Under the pieces are notes generated by a model. The model was not told the DNA's origin, did not search any database, and was given only the letters and a program-made list of their open reading frames with translations. A stretch of 52,602 nt of DNA from a bacterium (GTDB taxonomy: Bacteria; SZUA-79; Acidulodesulfobacterales; Acidulodesulfobacteraceae): NCBI GenBank assembly GCA_021806885.1, contig JAKAPT010000002.1:1-52602 (forward strand), given 5' to 3'. Positions 22,022-31,501 of the stretch are shown here, one piece after another. Within the stretch, counting starts at the first letter, position 1; each line of letters begins with the position of its first letter. The position numbers and the translations under genes were made by a program.

Positions 22022-23614
22022 TTAATGTTTAAAATGCCTCGCGCCGGTAAAAACCATGGGAATTCCGAGCCTGTCCGCTTCTTTTATTACCTCTTCGTCC
22101 CTTACGGACCCGCCCGGTTCTATAATGCCGACCGCGCCAATCTTGCCGGCGTATTCGACCGAATCCTTAAACGGGAAAAAGCCGTCGGACGCCATGACAA
22201 ACCCATTTATGTTTCCAAACGCCGAAACCATTTTCTCGCGGGCAAATTTCGCGCTGTCTATCCTTGACATCTGTCCCGCGCCGATGCCCACCGTAACGCC
22301 GTTCTTTACATAAACTATGGCGTTTGATTTGACATGCCTTGTGATTTTCCACGCGAACAAAAGGTCTTCCATAATTCCCTTTCCCGGCCTTTTTTTGGTA
22401 ACGGTTTTAAAGGAGGAAGAATCGTCCGTCCCGTCGTCTTTCTCCTGGACGAGAAGCCCGCTTAAAACCCCCCTGAAGCCAAGCCCGCCTTTTTTGTTCA
22501 TGTAATCCATGGAATATTCTATTATAATCAGATTTTTCTTTGATTTCAGGATATCCTCCGCCTCTTTGTCGTAACCCGGCGCGATAATTATTTCTATAAA
22601 AAAGGGCTTAATCTCATTTGCCGTCCGGGCGTCAACGATTCTGTTAAACGCCACTATCCCTCCGAACGAAGAAACTTCGTCGGCCTTTCTTGCTTTTAAA
22701 AAAGCATCTTTTAAAGATTTTTTGCTCAGGGCCGCCCCGCATGGATTGGTATGCTTGACGACGGAAGCAAAAAATTCGTCTTCTGAAAAATCCTTCAGTA
22801 TGGAAAGCGACGCGTCGATATCCAGGATATTGTTATAGGAAATATCCTTTCCGGACAACTTTTTAAAATCGGCGCCCGCCCTCCCGTTAACGCCGTAGTA
22901 TGCCGCTTTCTGGTGCGGATTTTCACCGTATCTTAAATCCTGTATCTTATTAAGGGCAAGATTATATATCCCTCCGAATGGAAAACCCCCGGGGATATTT
23001 TCAGGCGCAACCCCTTTCGGCGCCTTAACTTCCAGGAACCTGGATATTTCGGCATCATAATCCGCGGTATGCCTGAAAGCGTCGTAAGCGAAAAATCTTT
23101 TTACATCCTCCGGCACGTTTTTTTTCTTTTTAAGAAAACTGATAACCGTGGAATAATTCGACGGGCTTACGAGGACGCAGACATTCTTGAAATTTTTCGC
23201 GGCCGCCCTTATCAGCGAAACGCCCCCTATATCGATGTATTCGAGCATTTCGCCTTCGGACAGGTTTTCTTTCATCTTATCCCTGAAAGGGTAAAGGTTT
23301 ACGACGACAAAATCGATGGGCGTTATGCCGTTTTTTAACATATCCCGAAGGTGCCGGGGGTCATCCCTTAAGGAAAGGATTCCGCCAAAAATCTTTGGAT
23401 GGAGCGTCTTCACCCTTCCGTCCATGATTTCCGGGAAATTCGTAACATCCTCTATTTTCGTGACGTTTTTTATCCCCGCTTCAATAAGCGTTTTGTATGT
23501 ATTCCCGGTGGCTATGACCGTATAGCCGTTTGTTTCTAAATGGGTCGCGAGTTCCACTACGCCCGTTTTATCAAAGACGGACATCAGGGCATACTTTGTC
23601 TTAGGCTTTTCCAT
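22022..23614 (-). CDS. purH: bifunctional AICAR transformylase / IMP cyclohydrolase
   Basis: ALMSVFDKTG, DGRVKTLHP, and a C-terminal AICARFT domain ending RHFKH. Confidence 0.95.
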   Translation of the reverse strand: MEKPKTKYALMSVFDKTGVVELATHLETNGYTVIATGNTYKTLIEAGIKNVTKIEDVTNFPEIMDGRVKTLHPKIFGGILSLRDDPRHLRDMLKNGITPIDFVVVNLYPFRDKMKENLSEGEMLEYIDIGGVSLIRAAAKNFKNVCVLVSPSNYSTVISFLKKKKNVPEDVKRFFAYDAFRHTADYDAEISRFLEVKAPKGVAPENIPGGFPFGGIYNLALNKIQDLRYGENPHQKAAYYGVNGRAGADFKKLSGKDISYNNILDIDASLSILKDFSEDEFFASVVKHTNPCGAALSKKSLKDAFLKARKADEVSSFGGIVAFNRIVDARTANEIKPFFIEIIIAPGYDKEAEDILKSKKNLIIIEYSMDYMNKKGGLGFRGVLSGLLVQEKDDGTDDSSSFKTVTKKRPGKGIMEDLLFAWKITRHVKSNAIVYVKNGVTVGIGAGQMSRIDSAKFAREKMVSAFGNINGFVMASDGFFPFKDSVEYAGKIGAVGIIEPGGSVRDEEVIKEADRLGIPMVFTGARHFKH

Positions 23615-23714
23615 GAGCGCAAAATTTCCTTTGATTTTAGTAGATTTTTTTTGTAAAATGAATGAAAAAATTAATTAATTTTACTAATTCTTTACATTTA
23701 TTTCAACATTATTA

Positions 23715-23900
23715 ATGACAAAATTAAAATACATCGCGCTCGCGCTGGTTACTATTGCAACGGTTAATTTTCTGACGGGATGCGCCCTCCTGGTCGTGGG
23801 CGGCGCTGGAGCCGCCGGCGGGTACTATGCCGCCAAACATGGTTACACCGTTCAGTCCCCCGTCAAGAAGACCAGCGGCGGCGGCCAGCAGCAAAACTAA
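23715..23900 (+). CDS. small glycine-zipper lipoprotein
   Basis: Lipobox FLTGC|A followed by LLVVGGAGAAGGYYAAKHG. Confidence 0.55.
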   Translation: MTKLKYIALALVTIATVNFLTGCALLVVGGAGAAGGYYAAKHGYTVQSPVKKTSGGGQQQN

Positions 23901-23952
23901 CAATCCCCGCTAAAAACGCCTTTATTGACAGGGGGTTCACTTTTTCAACTTT

Positions 23953-24453
23953 ATGGAAAAAAAGTTAGAAGTGCTCATCGTCGCGGGTTCCAAAAACGAC
24001 CTGGGAGAACTGGAAGGGGCCTTTCTTATCCTTAATAAATTCAAGGTTCCCTTCGAGGTCCGCGTATCTTCCGCTCACAGGACTCTAAAAAGAACCGTAA
24101 AACTAATTGAATCCGCCGAGAAAAAAGGCCTTAAGGTCGTAATAGCCGCGGCGGGGATGAGCGCTCATCTTCCGGGAGTGATAGCGGCCCTTACAACCGT
24201 TCCCGTCATCGGCGTTCCGCTTAGCTCTTCATCCCTGAACGGGCTCGACAGCCTTATGTCAATAGTGCAGATGCCCTCAGGTATTCCCGTCGCGACAATG
24301 GCCATAGGAAAAAGCGGGGCAACGAATGCCGCCATATTATCCGTTTCTATACTGGCATTGAATAATCCCGTCCTTTCGGCCAGGCTTAAAAAATACCGCG
24401 GGGAACTCGAAAAATCGGTTATAAGCGCGGACGAGGGGATTAACCTCAAATAG
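23953..24453 (+). CDS. purE: N5-carboxyaminoimidazole ribonucleotide mutase
   Basis: VAGSKNDL, VSSAHRT, AAGMSAHLPGV. Confidence 0.92.
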   Translation: MEKKLEVLIVAGSKNDLGELEGAFLILNKFKVPFEVRVSSAHRTLKRTVKLIESAEKKGLKVVIAAAGMSAHLPGVIAALTTVPVIGVPLSSSSLNGLDSLMSIVQMPSGIPVATMAIGKSGATNAAILSVSILALNNPVLSARLKKYRGELEKSVISADEGINLK

Positions 24454-24463
24454 AATAAACCTC

Positions 24464-25036
24464 ATGGATTTGATTATAAAACGTCTTAACGAGGCAAGGA
24501 AAGTACTGGAAGAAACATCCTCAAACAGGGAAATATTAGACACTGTTCATGACATTTCGGAAGCAATAATTTCATCCTATAAAAACGGCGGAAGGGTTTT
24601 TACCGCCGGCAACGGGGGCTCGGCCGCGGACGCCCAGCATATAGCCGCCGAACTCGTATCGAGATTCTACTCGGAGAGAAGGGCGCTTGCCGCCGAAAGC
24701 CTTACGGTAAACGCCTCCATCCTTACAGCCATTGCTAATGATTACGACTTTGAAAAGGTTTTTTCCAGGCAGCTCGAGGCAAACGCCCGTAAGGGAGACA
24801 TATTCTGGGCGATTTCAACATCCGGAAACTCCGGAAACATAATATCCGCGCTTAAAACGGCAAGGGCGATAGGAATGAGAACGATAGGGTTTACGGGTAA
24901 AACCGGCGGCAGGGCGGCCTCCTTATGCGATTTTATTATAAGAATCCCTTCAGAAGACACTCCCCGAATACAGGAAAATCACGTAATTATAGCCCACATC
25001 ATTTGCGAGGCCGTAGAGAAGGCTTTTACCCGGTGA
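24464..25036 (+). CDS. gmhA: SIS-domain D-sedoheptulose-7-phosphate isomerase
   Basis: GNGGSAADAQHIAAELVSRF, IANDYDFEKVFSRQ, STSGNSGN, TPRIQENH. Confidence 0.85.
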   Translation: MDLIIKRLNEARKVLEETSSNREILDTVHDISEAIISSYKNGGRVFTAGNGGSAADAQHIAAELVSRFYSERRALAAESLTVNASILTAIANDYDFEKVFSRQLEANARKGDIFWAISTSGNSGNIISALKTARAIGMRTIGFTGKTGGRAASLCDFIIRIPSEDTPRIQENHVIIAHIICEAVEKAFTR

Positions 25037-25043
25037 AAGCCGT

Positions 25044-26459
25044 TCAAAACGGCGGTTCTGCAAAATTCTTTGCCTCGAAAAGGGAAGAATAGAGCTTAAT
25101 CGCGTACATATCGGTCATTCCGCTCATATAATCGCTGCACATCATGTAGAAACCGTCTTTTCCAAATTCTTCATAAAACCCGCTGTTATAAAGCTCCTGA
25201 AAGTCGTCGGGATACATTCTTAAATTTCTTTCATCGGAAAAAACGTTATAGAGCTTTTCGAGCATGTTCTCCGCGTTATACCTGTTGAGAACAATGCCGA
25301 TATTTTCCATCACTAGCCTGTAGGCTATCTGCTTCAGGGCTTTTATCTCGAGGCCTGCGGCATTTTTTAAAACAATATGGCTGGCATAGGAATTATTCCC
25401 AAAATCAAGGGGGATTTTCCGGCAGAAGGGGTCTTTTTCAAGCAATTTTTTCCGTTCCTCCGCGCCGATGTTCAAAACGAACCTGGATATGTATTTCGAA
25501 AAAAATTCTTTTAAATCGGTCTTTATTTTTATGTGCGGCATACCTTTATTTGTATAGTTCCCCTCGTCCAGCTCCCTGAATATGTCTTTTAGCCCCCCGA
25601 AAAAGGAATTTATTTCCATTTCTATTTTCCTGGTCTTGTCGGCATGATATCCTTCTTGCTTAAGGAACTGCTTTACCTTGAACTCGCCCCTTATGTCTAT
25701 TAGCTTCGACTCCACTCCGTCTTCGAGATCGTGGGTGGCATAGGCAATGTCGTCGGCCACATTGAGGACCTGGCATTCAAGGCACCTGGTCGATTCGAAG
25801 AATTTATCCTTAACCCTCCCGTCATTATTAATAAGGGAAAGGTTCCTCCCGTCCCTGATAAAATCGGTAAAATCGCTGCCGTGAATGCGTTCGAGCAGGA
25901 ACATGTCCCTGTCGTATATAAAGTGCTTCATTTTATCCGATTGGGAATAAGGGAGCTTATACTTCAATATCCCGTCTATGGTTTTCAGGGAGGGATTTAT
26001 TCCGTACAATTTATTTTTCGACGTATCGTAAAATTTTTTCTCAAGGAAGGTCAAAATCCGGATATTCTGGGCGTTTGCCTCGAATCCCAGTCTTCCTTCC
26101 GTAAGCTCCTTAAGTCTTTTATTTAATATTTGCTCGCCGAGGTGGCCGAAAGGCGGATGACCTATATCGTGGGCAAGCGAAATCGCTTCTATAAGGTCTA
26201 AGTCTATAGCCAGGCCGTATTGTTTGTTAAGGTTGGAAGCTATCGTCCTTGCTATCTGTGAAACCTCGAGGGAGTGCGTGAGCCTTGTCCTGTAATAATC
26301 GAGGGTGAAGACGCCGAACACCTGGGTTTTGTTGCGAAGCCGCCGGAAGGAACTGGAATGTATAATTCTGTCCCTGTCTATCTGGTAAAGGGTCCTTGCG
26401 CCGTGCTCCTTCTTTTCCTTTCCCGAATACCCGTAATCGAAAACCCTTAGGGTTGCCAT
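25044..26459 (-). CDS. dgt: dGTPase-family HD-domain triphosphohydrolase
   Basis: IIHSSSFRRLRNKTQVF, THSLEVSQIAR, AHDIGHPPFGH. Confidence 0.85.
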   Translation of the reverse strand: MATLRVFDYGYSGKEKKEHGARTLYQIDRDRIIHSSSFRRLRNKTQVFGVFTLDYYRTRLTHSLEVSQIARTIASNLNKQYGLAIDLDLIEAISLAHDIGHPPFGHLGEQILNKRLKELTEGRLGFEANAQNIRILTFLEKKFYDTSKNKLYGINPSLKTIDGILKYKLPYSQSDKMKHFIYDRDMFLLERIHGSDFTDFIRDGRNLSLINNDGRVKDKFFESTRCLECQVLNVADDIAYATHDLEDGVESKLIDIRGEFKVKQFLKQEGYHADKTRKIEMEINSFFGGLKDIFRELDEGNYTNKGMPHIKIKTDLKEFFSKYISRFVLNIGAEERKKLLEKDPFCRKIPLDFGNNSYASHIVLKNAAGLEIKALKQIAYRLVMENIGIVLNRYNAENMLEKLYNVFSDERNLRMYPDDFQELYNSGFYEEFGKDGFYMMCSDYMSGMTDMYAIKLYSSLFEAKNFAEPPF

Positions 26460-26588
26460 GGAGTCCTAAAAACCCTTTTTTTTAATTATTATTTCCCTTG
26501 ATTTTGCGAAACTTTACATATATACTAAAACATCATTTTTCAAAAGTAAAGCGACATCGGTATAATATAACTTTCAAAGGAGAGAATA

Positions 26589-27368
26589 ATGCCAGCAAAA
26601 AAGACCGCGGGGAAAAAGAATAAACCTGCCGCCCAAAAGATTAAAAAAGCCCCCGCGAAAAAGGCCCCCGCTCCGAAATCGAAACCGGTTAAGGCAAAGG
26701 CCAAGAAAATTTCCGCTCCAAAAAAAGCAAAGGCGCCGAAGGCAAAGGCAAAAGCCGTCAAAAAGGCAGGCTTAAAGATTAAAAAAGCCCCCGCGAAAAA
26801 GGCCCCCGCTCCGAAATCGAAACCGGTTAAGGCAAAGGCTAAGAAAGCGCCCGCTCCGAAAAAGCCCGCCGTTGCGAAACAGAAACCCGCGGCCGTCAAG
26901 GTTCAAGCCCTGAAAGCCAAAAGTTTGTTCTCGCGCAAGGAGCTTGAAGAGATTTCAAAGATCCTCCTGAATATGAAAAAGGAAATATTCAAAGACATAG
27001 ACCAGGAGATCAAAGAAGGGTCGGAAAAAGACTCCACCGAATACAAGGGCGACAATTATGACATAGCCGCCAGCGAAAGGGACAGAGAACTTAGCTACAT
27101 GCTTGGCGACAGGGAAAGAAAAAAAATAAAGGAAATAGACATCGCCCTGGAAAAAATAAAAGACGGGTCGTACGGCATCTGCGATGAGTGCGGAGAGCCC
27201 ATTTCAAAAAGAAGACTCGAACTCATACCCTACACGAGCCTTTGCATAAACTGCCAGACCCACATGGAAGAAGAAGAAAGAATGCTCAAAAAAGAGGAGC
27301 TTATAGGCGGCATCGACCACATCGCGATGATAGACGAGGACGACGCCTTTAAAGACCGGAGCGAATAA
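26589..27368 (+). CDS. DksA/TraR-family zinc-finger factor with a roughly 105-aa Lys/Ala/Pro-rich histone-H1-like N-terminal tail
   Basis: The tail is built of KKAPAKKAPAPKSKPVKAKAKK units. The C-terminal half carries the DksA tip motif DNYDIA (DxxDxA), a coiled coil, and CDECGEPISKRRLELIPYTSLCINC (C4 finger). Confidence 0.8.
   Translation: MPAKKTAGKKNKPAAQKIKKAPAKKAPAPKSKPVKAKAKKISAPKKAKAPKAKAKAVKKAGLKIKKAPAKKAPAPKSKPVKAKAKKAPAPKKPAVAKQKPAAVKVQALKAKSLFSRKELEEISKILLNMKKEIFKDIDQEIKEGSEKDSTEYKGDNYDIAASERDRELSYMLGDRERKKIKEIDIALEKIKDGSYGICDECGEPISKRRLELIPYTSLCINCQTHMEEEERMLKKEELIGGIDHIAMIDEDDAFKDRSE
26636..26846 (+). repeat. near-perfect 73-nt direct duplication inside the Lys/Ala/Pro tail, offset 138 nt (46 codons)
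   Basis: 26636-26708 and 26774-26846 differ at one position (26702 c versus 26840 t). The duplication is in frame. Confidence 0.9.
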
Positions 27369-28356
27369 AAGGAAAAAAACAGCTCGCCGAACTTTTTGGC
27401 CCTGTTCCTTTAAGTGGCGGCTCGCTTTCCCCGCACTTCTCTTTTGCCGCGTAGCACCTGCCGAAATAAACGCATCCCTTATTTTCAGATTCAGATTCAG
27501 TCCCAGGTCCTTTATCTTTTTGGACCCCGCCCGCGGCGGGCGATCCCGAATCATGATACAACATGGAATTGTAAAGCGTGACCGAATACGGATGGGCCGG
27601 ACCTTTAAAGAAATCCTCCGCCGTCGAAATTTCCATTATTTTACCCCGGTACATCACCATCACCCTGTCAGCCATGTGCCTTACCAGGTTGAGGTCGTGA
27701 GTGATGAAAATATAAGTCATAGACCTTTCTTCGCGCAGGTCCATAAGAAGGTTAAGGACCTGGGCCGATATCGAAACGTCAAGGGCCGATACGGGTTCAT
27801 CGAGGATAAGCAGTTCCGGGGATACGGCCAGGCTTCTCGCTATACCCACCCTTTGCCTCTGTCCCCCGGAGAGCTCATGGGGGTAGGAATTGATTATATT
27901 TTCGCCGAGGCCGACGTTCTTTAAGAGGGAAGCCGCGTAATCCACCCTGTCTTTCTTCGATATAATAAGATTTTTAACCGCGGGATACGTGACAGTTTTA
28001 TAGATTTTCTTTTTAGGGTTCAGGGAAGAATAAGGGTCCTGGAAAACGATCTGTATATTCTTCCTGAAGGCCGTTCTCCTTTTTTTATAGTTGAGCTCTT
28101 CCCCCTTGTAATAAATCTCTCCGGCCGTTCTGTCATGAAGACCCGTTATCAATCTCGCGAGGGTGGACTTCCCGCAGCCCGTTTCCCCCACCACGGAAAA
28201 AATCTCTCCCCTCACAACCTCGAAAGAAACCCCGTCCACGGCCTTTATAATATTTTTTTTCAGGTCAAAGACGGATTTATAGGTTCTGTAATATTTTGAA
28301 AGACTCGCTACTCTTAAAATTACATCGCCGTTCATAAAATCTATACCTTTACGCAC
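27349..28356 (-). CDS. oligopeptide/dipeptide-type ABC transporter ATP-binding protein (OppF/DppF-like)
   Basis: Walker A GETGCGKST, signature LSGGQRQR, Walker B LILDEP, and the Opp-type C-terminal extension with Cys residues. Confidence 0.85.
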   Translation of the reverse strand: MRKGIDFMNGDVILRVASLSKYYRTYKSVFDLKKNIIKAVDGVSFEVVRGEIFSVVGETGCGKSTLARLITGLHDRTAGEIYYKGEELNYKKRRTAFRKNIQIVFQDPYSSLNPKKKIYKTVTYPAVKNLIISKKDRVDYAASLLKNVGLGENIINSYPHELSGGQRQRVGIARSLAVSPELLILDEPVSALDVSISAQVLNLLMDLREERSMTYIFITHDLNLVRHMADRVMVMYRGKIMEISTAEDFFKGPAHPYSVTLYNSMLYHDSGSPAAGGVQKDKGPGTESESENKGCVYFGRCYAAKEKCGESEPPLKGTGPKSSASCFFPFIRSGL

Positions 28357-29351
28357 CTTGCAAACCTGCCGGGGGAAACTTCCCTTAAGGGAATTATATT
28401 CAGGCAGGCAAAATCTTTTTTAAAGCATCTCGGATAAAACCTGCATCTCGTTTCCGAAAAATCCGTTTTTTCTAAATAGCCGGGGATAGGGGAAAGCCTT
28501 TCTTTCGGCCTGTAACCCCGCGAAGCCCCGGGGACGCTTTTAATCAGGGATATTGTATAGGGATGCGCCGGCATGGATATTACCTCTTCGGTTTTTCCGT
28601 ATTCCATGACCTCTCCCGCGTAGAAAACATATATGCTGTCGGCGATGTTCCGGGCTATGCCCAGGTCGTGGGTTATAAAAATAATGCCGATGTTCGATTC
28701 GTTTCTTATCTTTTCGAGGAGTTTAAGGACCTGCATGGTTGTGGTAATGTCCAGCGCGGTAGTCGGTTCGTCGGCAATCAAAAAGCAGGGATGAAGCACC
28801 AGCGCCATGGCTATCATGACCCTTTGCCTCTGCCCCCCCGAAAGCTCATGAGGGTAGGAATTGAATCTTGAAGCGCCGTCGATCTTCATATAGTTAAGAT
28901 ATGAAACCGCTGTTTCCCTGGCCTCTTTTTTATTTATATTTTTATGGGCAAGTATCGCCTCGGTAATCTGGTCTCCTATCCTCATAACGGGATTCAGGGA
29001 GGTATTCGGGTCCTGAAATATCATCGAAACAAGCCTTCCCCTGACCGAGGGCAGGTCTTTTAACGGAAGCCTCAAAACATCGACGCCTTCTTTGTTCATG
29101 TCCTCCGAATTGGGGTTTTCCGCGGGACATTTTATCTTTACGCTGCCGGAAACTATTTTTGAAACGACGGGCGGATTCAATCTAAGGACAGACAATCCAA
29201 GCATGGACTTTCCGCTTCCGGACTCCCCCACGATAGCAGCGATTTTGCCGTTCTCCACTCCCAGGTCCACGGACCTTACGACGTTTATAAAGCTTTCTTT
29301 TTCTCCCCCGGAATATAATCTCACGGTCAAATCTTTAATATCAAGGCTCAT
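28341..29351 (-). CDS. oligopeptide/dipeptide-type ABC transporter ATP-binding protein (OppD/DppD-like)
   Basis: Walker A GESGSGKSM, LSGGQRQR, LIADEPTTALD, and a C-terminal CRFYPRC motif. Confidence 0.85.
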   Translation of the reverse strand: MSLDIKDLTVRLYSGGEKESFINVVRSVDLGVENGKIAAIVGESGSGKSMLGLSVLRLNPPVVSKIVSGSVKIKCPAENPNSEDMNKEGVDVLRLPLKDLPSVRGRLVSMIFQDPNTSLNPVMRIGDQITEAILAHKNINKKEARETAVSYLNYMKIDGASRFNSYPHELSGGQRQRVMIAMALVLHPCFLIADEPTTALDITTTMQVLKLLEKIRNESNIGIIFITHDLGIARNIADSIYVFYAGEVMEYGKTEEVISMPAHPYTISLIKSVPGASRGYRPKERLSPIPGYLEKTDFSETRCRFYPRCFKKDFACLNIIPLREVSPGRFARCVKV

Positions 29352-29357
29352 GGACGG

Positions 29358-31442
29358 TTACATCCTTTCGAGGATTGGAACGCATATCAGCTTCAATGAA
29401 TTGACGAGCACTATCCTTACGGCCATAATTATAAAAAGGCGGGGCGCGACAAATTCCCTTCCCCTGTCCATTAGACGGTAATTCTGATAATACTTGTTGA
29501 AAAGAGCCGCAGTTTCAAGGACAAAGGTGCTTATGACCGAAGGCTCGTCCAGCCTCAAGGCTTCAATAACGGTATCCTCGAACAGGGAAATCTTCTTCGC
29601 GATATTGTATAAATCAAAAAAATCCTCGTCCTCTATTGGAATAAGTCCGCTTTTTAGACGTGCGTCATCAGAAATGTCCGAAGAAGAGGCCTCCCTTGAA
29701 AGCCCGTATTTGTGCGCGAGTTTTTGAATCAGGCTTCCAATCCTCGCCACCGTGTATTGAAGGTATGGACCTGTCTGACCCTCGAAAGAAAGCACATTAT
29801 CCCAGTTAAAATTTATATCGGTAGCACGGCGCGTCTTGAGGTCGTTGAATATCACGGCGCCAAGCCCCACTTTAAGCGCGACCGCGTTAATGTCCCCGCC
29901 TTCTATATCTATCCCCGGCGCGCTGTCGGACGTAATTTTCTCCAATGCCTTTGCCCGGGCCTCGCCAATATAATCTTCGAGAAACACGAGGTTCCCCTTC
30001 CTGGTGGACATGCCTATTATCCTCCCGAACTTTACGTGGGAGAGCTTTCCGCCGGTCATAGAAATGGCCTTTTTTAAGGCAGGGTAATCGCCGAACTTTT
30101 CGATGTTTTCGTTAAGAAGGATGAAAATGGATATAAGCTGGTTAAAATGAAGGGACTGCTCCGAACCTACCACGTAAATCATTTTTTGGAAAGCAAATTT
30201 AGCCATTCTTAAAACAGCGGTTATGATATCCCTCGAAAGATAAAGCGACGTCCCGTCGCTTTTAGCGATAAGGGCCGGGGTCTTAAAATTTTTAAGCGGT
30301 ATTATTATAGCGCCCTCGCTCTCCTCCGCCAAACCGCTTTTCAACAGGATTTCAACTATTTCGTTCACAAATTCCGCGCTCAGGGACTCCCCTTCGTAAC
30401 GGTCGAAGGATATGCCCAAAATGGAATATATCCGCTTAAATTCGCTTACGCTAAGTTTCCTGAACAGCCTCCAGAGCATTAGCTCGCCTTCCCCGCTGTT
30501 GTCTTCATACCCGCAGGGGGTTTCATCGTCGACAATGGAATTTATATCCGCCCCCGTTTCATTTCCATATAAATCGCGTTCGATAATTTCTTCATTTTTT
30601 AAAATCGTTTCCAAGCTTACCGCGTACCTGCTAACGGCAAATTCCAATTTTTTAAATCGCGTCCTTGCGTCTATTTCGAGAAAAGAGCTCCATGACATCG
30701 CGCCGCCCGGCTCCGGTCCCCCTGCCTCACTCCCGCCTCCTCCCCATTCCCGTATTTTGACGTCGGCGGGCGCCGATTTCGAAGACGGGTCGTCCGCTTC
30801 TTTATGGTATTGAACATACAACCTGTAGAGAAATTCTATAGGCCTTTCCTTAAATTCAATTAACGGAAAACCGTTTTTAAAAACGCAAAACGCCGTAATC
30901 AGCCTGCCGAACTGCGTCCCGAAATCCCCCAGGTAATTTATCCTTTTTACGTCATACCCGCGGAACTCGTAAATATTGGAAAGGCTCATCCCTATAACGG
31001 TGGACCTGAGATGGCCGACGCCGAACGGTTTTGCGATATTGGGCGAAGAAAAATCGATGAGGACCGTTTGGGGCGCCTTAAGGAATCCCCTGCCGTAATC
31101 CAGGCCCTTTTTCAGAACTTCAAATACCGTAACGGAAACAAATTTCTCCTTGTCCGCGAAAAAATTGACATAAGGACCTTTTGTTTCCGCCTTTTCGAAA
31201 AATTCGCTTATATTATGAAAATCCTCCATGACGATTTTGTAAAATTCTGAGGCGATTTCCTCCGGTGTTCCCGTGAACCCATACTTTGAAAGGTAAAAAG
31301 AGGCGACGCAGTAGTCCCCGTATGAATCGTCCGGAGGAAGTTTTACAAGCTCAAGGGCTTCTTTTTCACCTATAGGCGACCGATTTTTTTTTACTATGAG
31401 GCCGCCTGCGAAGGAGGCAAGTTTTTCCTTAAAAATATCCAT
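29358..31442 (-). CDS. argS: arginine--tRNA ligase (long form with insertions)
   Basis: SSPNIAKPFGVGHLRS (HIGH-like), MSTRKG (KMSKS-like), and a C-terminal DALR anticodon-binding domain. 694 aa. Confidence 0.92.
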   Translation of the reverse strand: MDIFKEKLASFAGGLIVKKNRSPIGEKEALELVKLPPDDSYGDYCVASFYLSKYGFTGTPEEIASEFYKIVMEDFHNISEFFEKAETKGPYVNFFADKEKFVSVTVFEVLKKGLDYGRGFLKAPQTVLIDFSSPNIAKPFGVGHLRSTVIGMSLSNIYEFRGYDVKRINYLGDFGTQFGRLITAFCVFKNGFPLIEFKERPIEFLYRLYVQYHKEADDPSSKSAPADVKIREWGGGGSEAGGPEPGGAMSWSSFLEIDARTRFKKLEFAVSRYAVSLETILKNEEIIERDLYGNETGADINSIVDDETPCGYEDNSGEGELMLWRLFRKLSVSEFKRIYSILGISFDRYEGESLSAEFVNEIVEILLKSGLAEESEGAIIIPLKNFKTPALIAKSDGTSLYLSRDIITAVLRMAKFAFQKMIYVVGSEQSLHFNQLISIFILLNENIEKFGDYPALKKAISMTGGKLSHVKFGRIIGMSTRKGNLVFLEDYIGEARAKALEKITSDSAPGIDIEGGDINAVALKVGLGAVIFNDLKTRRATDINFNWDNVLSFEGQTGPYLQYTVARIGSLIQKLAHKYGLSREASSSDISDDARLKSGLIPIEDEDFFDLYNIAKKISLFEDTVIEALRLDEPSVISTFVLETAALFNKYYQNYRLMDRGREFVAPRLFIIMAVRIVLVNSLKLICVPILERM

Positions 31443-31501
31443 GGTGAGGTTATTTTATACTATTTACGTCCCAAAAAATACTAAAAAAATAGGCTAAAAT
31501 T

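Noticed and set aside
26540-26899. 119-aa minus-strand ORF rich in F/A/G, opposite the KAP-repeat tail
   Set aside because: It is the reverse complement of Lys/Ala/Pro codon repeats (AAA/GCC/CCG giving TTT/GGC/CGG). It extends into the promoter region, and the plus-strand frame continues into a bona fide DksA domain.
29117-29140. GGGACATTTTATCTTTACGCT inside the oppD-like gene resembles the 19-nt repeat unit
   Set aside because: Aligning it requires two indels, and it sits in conserved coding sequence. It is likely chance.
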